From contig OX597821.1 of assembly GCA_951406725.2 (NCBI GenBank), positions 79,794,001-79,858,000 of the forward strand: a stretch of DNA of 64,000 bases, read 5' to 3'. Under the pieces are notes generated by a model that worked only from the letters and a program-made list of their open reading frames with translations, was not told where the DNA came from and searched no databases. A program made the position numbers and the translations under genes. Below are positions 1 through 14,200 of this stretch, piece by piece. Origin of the DNA: Octopus vulgaris (lineage: Eukaryota). Each line of letters opens with the position of its first letter. The first letter of the stretch is position 1.

Positions 1-87
1 ATAAGAAACAAAGAGAGCCAGAAAAAACGCACTTTAGGCTTCATCATACTGATGAACAATTCTTTAATATTTCTCGAGACACCAATT

Positions 88-865
88 AAGTGCAGTTCTT
101 CATTGCAACACGACACAACAGCTCTTCAATGCAGATATCCAGAACAGTACATCAGTGCAGTTCTTCAGTGCAGCACGTCTGTGTATTACCACAGTGCAAA
201 ATTTTGGTGAAGGACATCAAGGCAATTCTTAAGAGCAGTACTTCGGTGCATTTCAGTTTAGTTCTTCAGTGTAATGTATATGCATGTCTGCAGTGTAATT
301 TTTGAGTGTAGTACTTTAGTGTAGTACTTTAATGCAGGACTACTACATTACTTCAGTTTATTACCCCAATGCATTTCCGAAGTGCAGCAATTTTAGTGGG
401 TTAACTTAGTGAGTTATTTCGGTGCAGTATTTTAGTGCACTACATTGTAGCGTGTGGAGTCGCATGGCCTAGTGGTTAGAGCAGCGGACTCGCGGTCGAG
501 GGATCGCGGGTTCGAATCTCAGACCGGGCGATATGTTTGTTTATGAGCGAAACACCTAAGCTCCACGCAGCTCCGGCAGAAGGTAATGGCGAACTACTGC
601 TGACTCTTTCGCCACAACTTTCTCTCACTCTTTCCTCCTGCATCTTGCAGCTCACCTGTGACGGACCTGCATCATGTCCAGGTGGGGAACCTATACGCCA
701 ACGAAACCGGGAAACCGGTCCTATGAACCAGGCGTGGCTCGAGAAGGAACAAACAACAACAACAGTGTAGTGTAGTTCCTTAGTGCTCTGCTTCTACGCA
801 GTTTTGCGGTGCAGTACTTTAGTACATTATCTCAGTGTAGTACTCCAGTGTTCTACATCGACTGT
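88..865. repeat. Degenerate ~13-bp minisatellite (CAGTGCAGTACTT-like), interrupted by a SINE
   Basis: Recurrent agtgcagttcttc/agtgtagtacttt/ggtgcagtatttt units on both sides of the 455-764 SINE. Confidence 0.55.
455..764 (+). mobile_element. tRNA(Arg)-derived SINE, full length (octopus OR-type like)
   Basis: A box tggcctagtggtt, anticodon arm ggactcgcggtc, B box ggttcgaatc, non-tRNA body, (AAC)n tail; homologous copy at 33757-34063(-). Confidence 0.85.
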
Positions 866-1873
866 AACCATCAGAAACCACTAACTTCACTGATTCATGG
901 TAGTAGTTAGCTTCTCGTTATCTTTTCCAGAACGATAAGAGGAACTGAACTGTGCACCCTAAGATGACGAACTACTTGTCAATTTTACAATGCAGTCGCT
1001 GCTAAGAGCGTCGAGTTTTTCCTAAGGGTGTGAGGGTCCCAGCTAACGGTCTATTAGCATATTAGGGCCCCCAATCTATGCATGCGAAGACTGGATTCGG
1101 TTTCAAATTTCAGAACAAAAGCCAACAATTTTGGAGGAGTAAGTCGGCTATATCGGCCCCAGCACTCAACTGGTACTTTATTTCCTTGACCCCTGAAAGG
1201 ACGAAGGGCAGCCACCACCACAACCATCACCACCGCCACCACCACCACCACCACCACCACCACCACCACCACCACCACCACCACCACCACCACCACCAAC
1301 AACAACAACATCAATAACGACAACAAAACTATAGTAATAGTAGTAGTAGAAGCAGTTGTTGTAATAGTAGTAGTAAGAGGAGAAGGTGGAGGAAGAACGA
1401 AGGAGGAGAGAAAAGAAACACACCACTTGATAAACTTCAGAGACTCACGTAACTCTCTTGAATGTGGGAACAAAAGCAAAAAAGGAATTCTTCACTTCCT
1501 GTCTTTGGTTTGAGCAGCAGCTGGGTTTACCTGCTGAGTAAAAATGTTCACTATTTCTCATGCTTCACTTTTCTTCTTTCTATTGTTTCTTTTCATAATT
1601 CATTAATTATCTTCTGTGGCATTTGTGTAACATTGCTGTCAAACTTAACCTCTTTAATATATTTACGGTCGTTAAAAATGGCGGATGATTTTTACACACA
1701 CGCACACACACACACACACACACGCACACACACATACACAAATATGCATGTGTATGTGTGTCTATGCATGTATATGTGTATACATAAGTATATATATATA
1801 TATATGTGTGTATGTATATATGTATGTAAGTATATATATATATATATATGCATATGTGTATGACTGTGTGTAT

Positions 1874-1916
<43 letters not shown>

Positions 1917-2680
1917 GGAGAAAGAGAATTCTTAAGTGTTATCATTTAGCCGTTAATTAACCGCTTTAATTAACTGGGTGTGACCTGATTAATTTGCGGT
2001 TAATTTCATGTAATATAATATGAATTAAACAGATACGTAATTAGTAGAGACAAGGACCGAGAGGGAAGAGCTAGGGCAGGAGAGAGAGGGAGGGAGAAAG
2101 AGAATGAGAGAGAGAGAGAGAGAGAGAGATAGGGGGGGGAGGGAAGAAGTGAAACGAGTGTTTTTGTCTGTCTGTGGTTAGAGCACGACGCTTCGGCGAT
2201 ACTTATTCTTTGCTCAAATGCAATGATCGCTAACGATGCGCCAAATAGTCTGTCTGTAAGCTTCCATTAAGATATAATTAAGGATGATGTAAAAATATCA
2301 AGTGGTGCCGTCTCTGCATAAAACCAAACAGAATTCAGAAGAAAAGCTGAGTACCCGGAAGAAATTAGCCGAAGCCTTGCCGGGGCTTCGTCTGTATTTA
2401 TATAACTTACAAGCATTTTCCAGTTCTGCTCTCGTTTTTGTTCGCACTCATAAGTCTTACTAGTTTGGTAATGGGTCGAGTGAGATCAAAGAACCTGAGT
2501 TGTTTTTTAGTTACATAAACATTCTGGTAGCGTTGTTAATATAGTAAAAAAAAAATAAATATATATATATATTAAAAGAAAAAAATACACACACACACAT
2601 ATACATGTATATATGGAAGCATATGCACACACATACATTCATGTATATAACATGAAAACACTAATACACTCATTACACTT

Positions 2681-2743
<63 letters not shown>

Positions 2744-2930
2744 GTGTGTGTGTAGATGTATATATATGTGTATGTATATATATATATATATATATTTATA
2801 TATAAACATACAAACATACAAATATACATATATATATATGCATATGTATATACGTACACACACACACATATATATACATAGCTATGTATATTTATATATA
2901 AATACGTGTGTGTGTGTATATATGTATTTG

Positions 2931-2968
<38 letters not shown>

Positions 2969-3232
2969 AGTATACGCACACACACATACACACACACACA
3001 TGCATGAACATACATATATATAAATTATATTGGAACGGGGCAAGAGAACTGAAAGCGCAAAATTTAAGTCTTTGAAATTAATTTTGGTTTTTAACAAATA
3101 TTTTTCTGCTTCAAGTGCCATTAACATTTTGCAGCTGTGTAAAAGTTCTCTGAAAATATTCACCTTCAATCAAGCTAATTATTATTACCACTACTTGCAG
3201 AAGGAGAATAATATTTAAGCTTATTATTATTA

Positions 3233-3595
3233 TTCTTTACTTGTTTCATTCATGGACTGCGGCCATGCTGGAGTACCGTCTTCATTGGTTTAGTGGAACA
3301 AATCAAACCCGTTACTTATTTTTTTTTAACGTTTGGTACTTATTATATCGGTTTCTTTTGCTGAACCGCTAAATTACGCAGACGTAAGCAAACCAATATT
3401 GGTAGTCGAGGAATGATGGCAGGACAAAAGTGTGCGCGTGCGCAAGTACAAATCCGCGCGCGCGCGCACACACACACATACACACGCAGCGCGCATATAC
3501 TCACATGTAATGTACATACACGACGGCTTTTAAAAAGTTTCCGTTTACCAAATTCCAAATTCGTAATTCATTCACAAGGGATGGGGCTGTAGTAA
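3233..3595 (-). mobile_element. SINE family A (tRNA-like head, internal microsatellite), decayed
   Basis: Matches the 33301-33737 copy: tacttgtttca..gactgcggccatgctggag..gaaccgcta. Confidence 0.7.
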
Positions 3596-3603
3596 AAAAA
3601 AAA

Positions 3604-3647
3604 CACTGACAAAGCTTCGTGAGATTCAGCACGAAGCTTTGTCAGTG
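3604..3647. repeat. Perfect 18-bp inverted repeat with 8-nt loop
   Basis: cactgacaaagcttcgtg-agattcag-cacgaagctttgtcagtg. Confidence 0.9.
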
Positions 3648-3776
3648 AACAGGTCGCGGTCTCAAAGCGATGAAAATATTTTGATAAATGAAATTTAAAT
3701 GTTGAAGTGAATCACACGATCTCAGATCAAGTCACTCGCTATGCAAGTACATCTCCATAATATATATAAATATACA

Positions 3777-3929
3777 CGTCAGGCTTCTTTCAGTTTCTAT
3801 CTACCAATCCACTTACAAGGCTTTGGTTGGCCCATGGCTATAGTAAAAGACATTTGCCCAAGGTGCCACGCAATGGGACTGAACCCGAAACCATGTGGTT
3901 GGGAAGCAAGCTTCTTACGACACACCCAC
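3777..3929 (-). mobile_element. SINE family A, 5' half
   Basis: ggcttctttcagtttc..cccaaggtgccacgcaatgggactgaacccgaaaccatgtggttgggaagcaagcttctt. Confidence 0.75.
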
Positions 3930-4695
3930 TATATATATAGAGAGAAAGATAGAGAAATATATGATTGTTTGAGTGTCTATGTGTGTGTGTGTGCGTCTTT
4001 GTGTCTGAGTTTGTACCCCACTATTGCTTGACAACCGGTTTCGGTTTATTTACGTCCTCATAGCTTATTGGTTCGGCAAAAGAGAGAAATATTTAAACTT
4101 TTGTGTTACTATTTTCATTCATTAACTGCTGACATGCTGGGACACCGTCTCGAAAGGCTTCAAACCAAGCACTGGTGACAATTCATTCGATTAAATAAAC
4201 CCTTCAAGGAGATGCTCCATCATGGCCACTGACTAACGACAGAAGCTAGTAAAAGATATGCATTGCTGTAGAATTCTCCCGACTTCTAGCGATACTTGAT
4301 GGAAAGGCTAGACGTTTGAGGATGTAGAGTCGTAGGCTGTGAATGTAAATGCTTTTTTGCAACCTAACCTAGCTCTCTTCCCCGCCTCTTTCTCTCTCAC
4401 ACATGCGCAAACAAAAACATAAATCAAGACAAAATGTAATATACATTATAAAGCATATGTAAGAATGAAAGATATGAGCGAAATGTCTTTATAGTAATAT
4501 CCTTTGATCAAAGAGATTTAATTAGATGCGTTTATAAATATGTCAATGCTCACGCTCAGATATATCACACACACACAGACGCATATATACATATTCATAA
4601 ATTCATTCATAAAGAAATAAAAAAACATACATACATACACATATATGTATGTATGTATGTAAGTATGTATGTATGTATGTATGTATGTATGTATG

Positions 4696-4734
<39 letters not shown>

Positions 4735-5567
4735 ACATATCTACGTATTCATAGTTTTTATACACACATACATACAAATATATATATAAATACATATATA
4801 TGTATACATATGTTAATATATATATATATATATATATATAGATATATATATATGTATTCATACATATGTATGTATATATATATTCATACATATGTATGTT
4901 TTTATATTTATATATATATATATATATATATATACAGATATATATGAATATTTATACACATGCACACATATATGGATATATATATATATGAATATGTATG
5001 TGTACGTATATACATATATATATATATACATACATACGTATATGTAAATGTTTCTTTTATGTCAAGTTAGAATACAAACAGTTTACAAGAAATGGAAGAA
5101 TTACTGAATATTTGTTCGGTATTATACATGTTTATTATACTTTTAGAAGTCGGATGATAGTGGCTTTGGAATGTCGGCCTCATATCCTTCGTCGTACTTT
5201 CAATTCTGATAATATACATGCATACATATATCATTGGAGTATGATACGTTCGAAACGCGGAGTTGATTAAACAGGGGACAACTGATGAAGGGATTGTTCC
5301 TTGTGTTGCCCGTCTCGTTTCTCTATTTCTTTCTTTCGTTGTTCGAAAAAAGTTCCTTTCCCATGTTTTTGTTTTTGTATGTTCTCGTTTTTCATATTTT
5401 TCGCGTTTTTTTTTGACGTCTTGTACCCATATATGCATGTATATGTACATATATATGTAGGTATGTACATATATGAACATATGCATATATATATATTATC
5501 TATATTATGTATATACACATACATAAACGCACACATATGCACACACACATGCACGCACACACACATG

Positions 5568-5608
<41 letters not shown>

Positions 5609-5817
5609 ACACATACACACACACACACACACACATATATATATTCATATATGTATGTCACTTTTCAGTTTTATTTCAAGATTTCTTGCCAATAGAGAAA
5701 GAGCCGGTTTCTAACCTAGATCCAAGGCTCCTTCACTGGAATTTCAATATCAACAACAGAATAGTTTTGTATGTATGTATGTATGTATGTATGTATGTAT
5801 GTATGTATGTATGTATG

Positions 5818-5851
<34 letters not shown>

Positions 5852-6030
5852 TGTATGTATGTATGTATGTATGTATGTATGTATGTATGTATGTATTGAT
5901 GATGGACGTATACGAATGTGTGTATGTATGTATGTATGTATGTATGTATGTATGTACGTATGTATATATGTATGTATGTATGTATGTGTGTATATATGTA
6001 TATATGTATGTATGTATGTATGTACGTATG

Positions 6031-6064
<34 letters not shown>

Positions 6065-6575
6065 TGTGTGTGTATGTATGCATGTATGTATTTATGCATG
6101 CATGCATATATGCATGTATGTATATATCTGTCTGTCTGTCTATCTATTAATAGAATTCGAAGTATCAATATCTCCCTGTAACCAGTAGTTATAGCCTAGT
6201 ATGGAAACGTACGACAACCACGACCACGACAACCACACCACACCACCGACGCCACCATTATGGTTGTCGCTATCTCTTTCGTAGAGTGTTCCCCTCATTA
6301 TATTCTTTTTAATTCTCGCCTATTGACAACTTTTGCGGAATATTCAACAGAAGCAACAGGAAAGTAATTATTTCTTAGAAATTATTAAACATTGCCATGG
6401 AGGGACTACAAGCTTTTGAATAATTCGTGGAGTTTATCCATTCTTTAAAGCCAATACTTATGGTGTTAATGATGCATAATCTCGCCGTCATGCATGTGTC
6501 TTCGAATTTGTAGTGCTAAGTTCTTATTGTGATTACATATTGCTCTACAAACAGAGACAAAGGCCTCAATGTATA

Positions 6576-6652
<77 letters not shown>

Positions 6653-6742
6653 ATGTATGTATGTATGTATGTATGTATGTATGTATGTATGTATGTATGT
6701 ATGTATCTATCTATCTGCCTACCTACCTACCTACCTACCTAC

Positions 6743-6780
<38 letters not shown>

Positions 6781-6781
<1 letters not shown>

Positions 6782-7967
6782 GCAGTCGTGGATCAAAAAG
6801 AGGCCGAGGAAGGGCGATTGGCACCGCGAGTGCCGCGTTGCTCTCAAGCAACTCTGCCGTCCCGGGTCGACCTTGAGTGACTTCAACACAACCAAAGCAT
6901 TCTATAGGGGATTAGTGGAGGGGAGGTACGACGACGAGCTCGGGGCGAACCTGGACGTCGACGAGGAGTACCTGACCCGCCTGTTCAGGACGACTTTCGG
7001 GCCAGGGCCCATGGACAACTTCCAGAGATCCCTGGCCTGGCAGTGCTACCGAGAAGCGCTACCCGTTCGGGATAAGCTCTACAGACACGGCTCGAGAAAC
7101 ACGGGGCCGACCTGCCCGAGATGCGGTCAGAGCGACGAAACCGTTCTGCACGCACTCGTGCAGTGTCTAACAATTTCCGACCTGTGGGCTTATGTCGAAC
7201 AACTGCTGTCACGTGTGGGACGAGTCGGTTTATCAGCTGAGTCTATCGTCAATATTGTCACGCCTCCTTCCTTCAAACGGGAAGGAAGAGCTATTTTCAT
7301 CATCCTTGTGGCTATGGCGAAATAATGTATCTGGTGGACGCGTCTGAAAGGATTGGAGACAAACACTTTCCTCTCTGGTCAATCTCTCATCAACTTCTTC
7401 AAGTACCACTTGAAAAGGAAAGTGAGAGTAGAGAGGCAAGTTTTGTCTAGCGAATGTTTTAAAAAAAGATGGGTGAATGTAGCAAGGATGGCACGTATGA
7501 ATAACGAAGCCACCTTGAGCATAATCCTATGAACCCAGAAATTGAAAACAGAGGGTTACCCACTTGCAAACAAATGTGGTAACATATAACAATATTGACC
7601 AAGGTTACCGTGGTCTTTTTCGTAGGCTTTTCTTCCCACGGATAAGCCTTACTTGCTTTCCCCTTTACACCATATATCATAACACTGTGATACACGATCC
7701 CTATTGATCGTTTTTTTTACCTCTTCCCCTTTTTTTCCCCCTTTTTTCTTCTTTTTTCATTTCTCTTTCCTTTTGTTCCTTTTCCTTTCTTTTTTTTTTC
7801 TTTTTATTCTTTTTATTTTATTCAATTTTTTTTTTGTTTTGGTTCTTTTCTACGCCACCCCTTTTTTTTCTTTCTTTTGTTTTTTGTTCTCTTCATCCCC
7901 CAAAAGAAAAGCTCTACCTTGTAACTTGTCCCATCTGTGTGCAGCCCTATGTGGCCAATAAAGAAAC

Positions 7968-7969
<2 letters not shown>
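6781..7969 (+). mobile_element. 5'-truncated Tx1/L1-type non-LTR retrotransposon (ORF2 C-terminus and 3' UTR)
   Basis: WQCYREALPV..CPRCGQSDETVLHALVQC (zf-RVT-like CCHC), AMAK*CIWWTR with premature stop at 7323-7325, natural stop at 7530-7532, T-rich UTR, AATAAA at 7957; (TCTA)n on both flanks. Confidence 0.85.
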
Positions 7970-8049
<80 letters not shown>

Positions 8050-8115
8050 CTCTATCTACTTACCTACCTACCTACTTACCTACCTACCTACCTACCTACC
8101 TACCTACCTACCTAC

Positions 8116-8165
<50 letters not shown>

Positions 8166-8187
8166 GCCTACCTACCTACCTACCTAC

Positions 8188-8261
<74 letters not shown>

Positions 8262-8291
8262 GCCTACCTACCTACCTACCTACCTACCTAC

Positions 8292-8331
<40 letters not shown>

Positions 8332-9295
8332 TTATCTATATATATATATATATATATATGCACGCGCATATGTGTGTGTCTGTGACTGTTCCGAACTACA
8401 TCACCTGACAGCCGGTGCTGGTTTGTTTATGTCCTTGTAAATTAGCGGTTCGGCAAAGAAGACCGATAGAATGAGTACCAAGTTTAAAGGCGGTCGATTC
8501 ATTCAACTAAAATTTTTTCAAAAGTGGTGCCCCAGCATGGCTGGTACATCCTTATATAAAGTCTCTCTCCAAAAGAAACAGTAGCAAGATGTGCATCGCA
8601 AGAAATATAGAGAAGAATTGGTAAACAACGATCCACATGGCGTTGAACCTTTCAAGAGTACCCGAAGGCTGTCAATGTATTCTGGGGTGGGTGGGGGTGC
8701 ATAGACACTAATGTAACCGAACAAGAACGCTGGAATAAAATGACCGCTCGATGAGCAAACTTGATAGAATGGGATGAGAAACCCTGATCACACAGATCAA
8801 TGATCGATCTGCGACCACACTTCATGATTCGTATCGTTCTTCAGGATTAGTATCCTCCAAACATCATTATCTAAAGTATCATTCTTAAAGACAGTAGAGC
8901 GTGCTTTGAGGGAGATTTGGCTGTTATTTGTCTCAGACTAAGAAGCTACAAAAAGGCGCATCATTGGCTTAACTCTGTCTCCCAGGCAATATTGTGTTTA
9001 TATTTGGCGGCAGCTTTGATGAAACAGTTCCACCGATGTTCCTCGCGTTGGAACGTAATAATATATTCAACATCAGAAATATATTGGTCCCAGGGCAGTC
9101 CTTCCCATGAATGGAATTGTATATTGTTTTAGCGACAACATTACGCCACATATGAAGGTGGTAGCGCTATAACTTTTTTGGGCAGCTGTTGATCACATGT
9201 GTAATATCTTCCACAGATATATGACATAATGGACATTCTAAACGTATCCATGTGTGTACGTACGTACTTGTGTATGTATATACATATTATATGTG

Positions 9296-9374
<79 letters not shown>

Positions 9375-10110
9375 GTTTCAAATATGCGTACATGCTTATA
9401 AGCAAATATATAGGAATGTAAGTAAATGTAAACGTATGTATGTATACGAATGATGTATACACACACCCATACGTATACATACACATACACATACGCCCAC
9501 ACACACTCACACATTTCGTATATACATGCATATACGCATATATATTTACATACACGCATACAGATTGAGAGGAGACACAGAACCCTCCTTACCTCTCATC
9601 ATTCCCTTCACTTTATTACTCCATCTCCTCTGACCGTCTCTCTCTCTCTCTTCCCCTCCTTTCTCCATCCTTATCAACCCACCCTATTCTATTTTCTTTA
9701 TCTTCTTTCTTCTTCATAACCCCCTCTATTTTCTCCGTCAATAGTTTGAAATAAATTTTATTTCAATTGTTTTTTTCATTGGTTTATCTCTTTCTCAAGG
9801 GAAAGTATTGTGAATTTATTTGAAACACAGTTTCTGTTGTCAACAGAGTACTAAAACCTCACCTCCCAAATTGTACCCATGTCTTCATAATTATGATCAG
9901 CGCCATCTCAAACTTCACATTAACCACTGTTTCAACATGAAGCACTACCATTATCATCATCTGTACTGCAGACCACCATCAGTACCACAATCTTTATTCT
10001 CATTTCCTCACCTCACCAACGGTATTACGACGACGACAACTACCACCACCACGCTACCACCATCATCCCGCCCCTGCCGCCGTCGTGCTAACGATTTCGC
10101 CAGCTCGCCT

Positions 10111-10169
<59 letters not shown>

Positions 10170-10375
10170 ATAATAATAATAATAATAATAATTAAATTGC
10201 TAACTAAATCCACCAGAATTACAAAAATGGTTCTCAAGCAAAAACGGTGAAGCGAGAGGAAGTTTTTTTAGTCACAACACCTCATTATGTTCCGATTTCA
10301 CTTTCCGGGATTCTTCCGGGATTGTTTAAATAAAATAATCGTTGGAAAGGACACAGTGGATAGCTGATAGGTTGT

Positions 10376-10427
10376 GTGGGGTGCTGATGAAAGATCAATA
10401 ATTTTTGAAATATACATATACATTCAT
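10376..10427 (+). ncRNA. Weak type-I hammerhead-like motif; degenerate second copy at ~10788-10838
   Basis: gggtg-CTGATGA-aaga-loop-tttt-GAAA-tatacata-TA-cattc; copy 2 has aagag/ctctt stem and palindromic tatgcata. Confidence 0.4.
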
Positions 10428-10878
10428 TACTTATTTCTCTGTTTTCGACCGCATTGTTTACGTAGTCGTAATTTGTAGTACTGGTTCTGGATTCTCTTGG
10501 GAATCTACAGATATAAATTTAAAGAGTGGCTACATCGCACTGCTAGCACAAAGTAAAGCACTGTATTGACTTGTAAAACTGTTTTATTCTCATTTCTTCA
10601 CCACACCATCGTTATTACAGTATCTTATGGTCACAAAGCTAAATGCCGTGTTCTTGCCAGCAATTAATATTTATGTACCAGTTGCCAGGAATGTACTTTA
10701 TATGTAGATTGGTCTACCCAATTCTATTACATTGTTAAACGTTGTGAGTATTTAAACAACGTGTTCGTGGATAGATGATGGGTTGGATGTGGTGTTGATG
10801 AAAGAGCAATAACTCTTGGAATATGCATATACATCCATTACCTATTTTTTCTAACTTCAATCACATTACTTGCATAGC

Positions 10879-10938
10879 CTGTCAAAGGGACTGTCAAAGG
10901 GACTGTCAAAGAGACTGTCAAAGGGACTGTCAAAGTGA
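10879..10938. repeat. 12-bp tandem repeat x5 (CTGTCAAAGGGA)
   Basis: Read directly from sequence. Confidence 0.9.
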
Positions 10939-11003
10939 TGGTGACGCCGATGATGAGGACCCATTAAGGTTCCAACAATTAATTAGCGTTGTTCATCATT
11001 TTT

Positions 11004-11135
11004 AGGCGCAGGAGTGGCTGTGTGGTAAATAACTTGCGTACCAGCCACATGGTTCCGGGTTCAGTCCCGCTGCGTGACACCTTCGGCAAGTGTCTTCTAC
11101 TATAGCCTCGGGCCGACCAAAGCCTTGTGGTGGAT

Positions 11136-11136
<1 letters not shown>
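11004..11136 (+). mobile_element. SINE family A 5' part (3' part resumes at ~14410)
   Basis: aggcgcaggagtggctgtgtggt..ggttcagtccc head. Confidence 0.85.
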
Positions 11137-11213
<77 letters not shown>

Positions 11214-11297
11214 TAAGACGGGTATCTTTCAGTTCCAGTCTACCAAATCCACCACAAGGCTTTGGTCGGCCCGAGGCTATAGTAGAAGACACTTGTC

Positions 11298-14200
11298 AGG
11301 TCGCTCTAGAGTGCTACTGGTAACATGTAATCCAGTACAACCTGTTGCATGGTCGGGACGTCGGCGACTAAACTGACAACCCCACCAGGTTCGCTTGGTG
11401 AGGAGGGTGCTGTTGGACTCCCTGTGGGATGGAAAAATAAGACCCAACAAAGGGCGGATGAACTTCTGAAGAGTCAACGGCCATCCAACAAAATACCGGC
11501 CTGCCCGCCCAGCTAAAGCAGCACGAAGAACGAAGAGAAAAGAAAAAGGGCCTCAGTACCCTGCACGTCAATCGGGCCACTCCATGACGGCGGAGTGCAA
11601 CTCGAGCGACGAGAGGCTGCTAAGAATCACAGGTTCCCGAAGGCCGTCATGGAACAGGACTAAACTTGCCATATGCACCTACAACTGCAGGTCTATGGCA
11701 GAGTGGCAAGAACTGAACCACCTAATGGAGGAGAGGAAGAAGATCAGGTGCGACGTGTTAGGGCTGTGTGAGACACGCTGGAAGAAGGAAGCGAGTATAC
11801 GATGGCAAGATAGATGCATTGTGAGATTAGGAAGAGCAGAAGGGGCTAGATCGGTTGGAGGTATCGGATTCATCGTAAGTAAGGAATGGGCTTCGAGGGT
11901 CGCTTCTTGCCACTTCATATCATCACGGATTGGTGTACTAAATGTGAACCTCTCAGGGAAGGCCACCCTCAAGATTGTCCAGACCTATTCTCCCACAAGT
12001 GCTAGCGACGACGACGAGGTGGAAGAATTCTATCGACAACTAGACAAAGGGCTGGCTATGAAGTCCACTTACACTGTCGTGATGGGAGACTTCAACGCAA
12101 AGGTTGGACATGGACGACAAGGAGAGGAGTACGTCGGGAGATTTGGCATGGGAGAGAGAAACGAGAGAGGAGAACGTTTGGCTACCATGGCAGAGGCGAG
12201 GCAGCTCTACATCGGAAACAGCCTATTCAGGAAGAGGTAGAGGAAGAGATGGACTTGGATATCGCCGAACTCTAAGCACCGAAGCGAGATCGACTACATC
12301 CTGGTTGATAAGCGACGCATATTGCATGATGTCTCCGTCGTGACGCCATTCAACACCGGCAGCGATCATCGTCTGGTAAGGGCGAGGGTCGTCATCGACG
12401 AGAAGAGGAAGAAGATGGCGTTATATTTGGCGTCGAAGGGAAAACGTGTCCGAGTCTACAACGAGGCAAAGCTGCAGGAAGCCATCATGCAGGAAGACTG
12501 GTGCCAAGGAGACGACATAGACGATGACTACAACTCACTGATAGGGACACTGAAGGAGTGTTTAAGGAAGGCTAAGGGTGTATGCCCAAAAGAAAAGAAG
12601 GAAGAATCTCGGAAGAAACTACGAAGTTACTCGAGAAGAGGAAAAATATGAAGAGGACTATTGAAGATCACCTTGAATATTCCATTCTCAGCAGAGTGAT
12701 TCGTCAGCAACTAAAGAAAGACTTTGAGGCATACCGGATGGAGAAGCTCTTGAAGGCCGCAGAAGAAAAGAAGAGCCTCAAGAAATGCAAGAGGGACATG
12801 GTACTATATAGATCGGAAGTGACGGCCCTGAAAAATACAGATGGAATACCGGTCAACGAGAAGAGCGAGATCGAAAAAGTTTGTGAAGACTTCTACACCA
12901 AGCTCTTTAAGTCTACCAGAAATGTCCAGTCGTTACCACCACTCCAACAGGAAGAACACGTGCCACCTATCCTTGTCAGTGAGGTTGAAAGAGCCATCGG
13001 CTCGATGAAAAACGGAAAGGCTCCAGGGAAAGACGGTATACCATCGGAGGTGCTAAAGTCAGGCAGAGAGCAGCTCTGGAAAATCCTCGCTGAACGATTT
13101 ACGCACTATCTAGACGAAGGAAGAATTCCCTCGCAGTGGAAAGGGTCAAATACCATCCTGCTGTATAAGAAGGGCGACAGAGAAGATCTAAAGAACTACC
13201 GACCCATATGTCTGCTGTCTCACGTGTACAAGCTGTTCACGAAGATAATTCTGAACAGGTTGTCACGTCGTCTCGACGAACAACCGAGGGAACAAGCAGG
13301 CTTGCGGAAGAACTACAGCACGATGGACCATATATTTGCTCTAACGCAACTGCTTGAGCGAGCAAATGAGTACAAACTGCCTCTTTGCGTTGCGTTTATA
13401 GATTATGAGAAGGCCTTCGATAGCATCGAAACCAACGCAGTGCTGAACTCGCTGCAGAGGCAAGGAATCGAACCGCAATATGTGCAGCTGCTCAGAGAGG
13501 CAAATTCTGGATGCACCACCGACATAGCTCTACTGTCATCACCCATACGAGTGCCGGTCGAGAAGGGAGTGAAGTAAGGAGATACAATCTCCCCAAAACT
13601 TTTCACTGCCTGTCTCGAACAGATCATCAGAGGCATCGACTGGCAAGGTGATGTCAACATCAATGGCGAGCTCCTCACTCACCTCCGTTTCGCTGACGAC
13701 ATCGTACTCATCGCTGAAAACATGGATCAGCTTCAGACCATGCTGACGGAGCTCGACATCAAAAGTTCTGCAGTAGGTCTCAAGATGAACCGCATGAAAA
13801 CAAAGTTCATGCGGTCAGACAATGTACCAACAGGTCAAATGGTGATCGGCGGTGATGAAATAGAGGAGGTGAGGGAATATGTTTACCTGGGACAGGAAGT
13901 AAATATGTGCCGGGATATCAAAAAGGAGATCTCACGGAGAGTAAGGGCCAGATGGAAGGCGTTCAATGGCATAAGGGATGTGCTCAAGGGAAGGTTGGAC
14001 AGGACCACCCGCGCCAACCTCATTAACATGGCAGTTCTGCCTGCAATGTTATATGGTAGTGAAACATGGGCTACCACAAAGAGAGAAGAGCAAAGACTGG
14101 TAACGGCTCAAAGAGCCATGGAAAGGTCAATGCTTGGTATCACCCGGAAGACCTCCACGACGGTGGAGTTACGATTTCAGGAGGACGATTGGGATCACGT

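Noticed and set aside
455-530. tRNA-Arg gene
   Set aside because: Continues into a SINE body and tail; no proper acceptor stem or terminator; multiple copies
5200-5300. Hammerhead from ctgataa..gaaacgcg or from ctgatga at 5282
   Set aside because: No NUH site or stem II in the right register
8580-9220. Possible old transposase or LINE remnants
   Set aside because: Motifs too weak to assign
10879-10938. CRISPR-like array
   Set aside because: Contiguous 12-mers without spacers; eukaryotic context
11299-11420. HDV-like ribozyme at the RTE 5' end (ggtcgct/ggcgact pairing)
   Set aside because: Could not fit P3, P1.1 or J4/2
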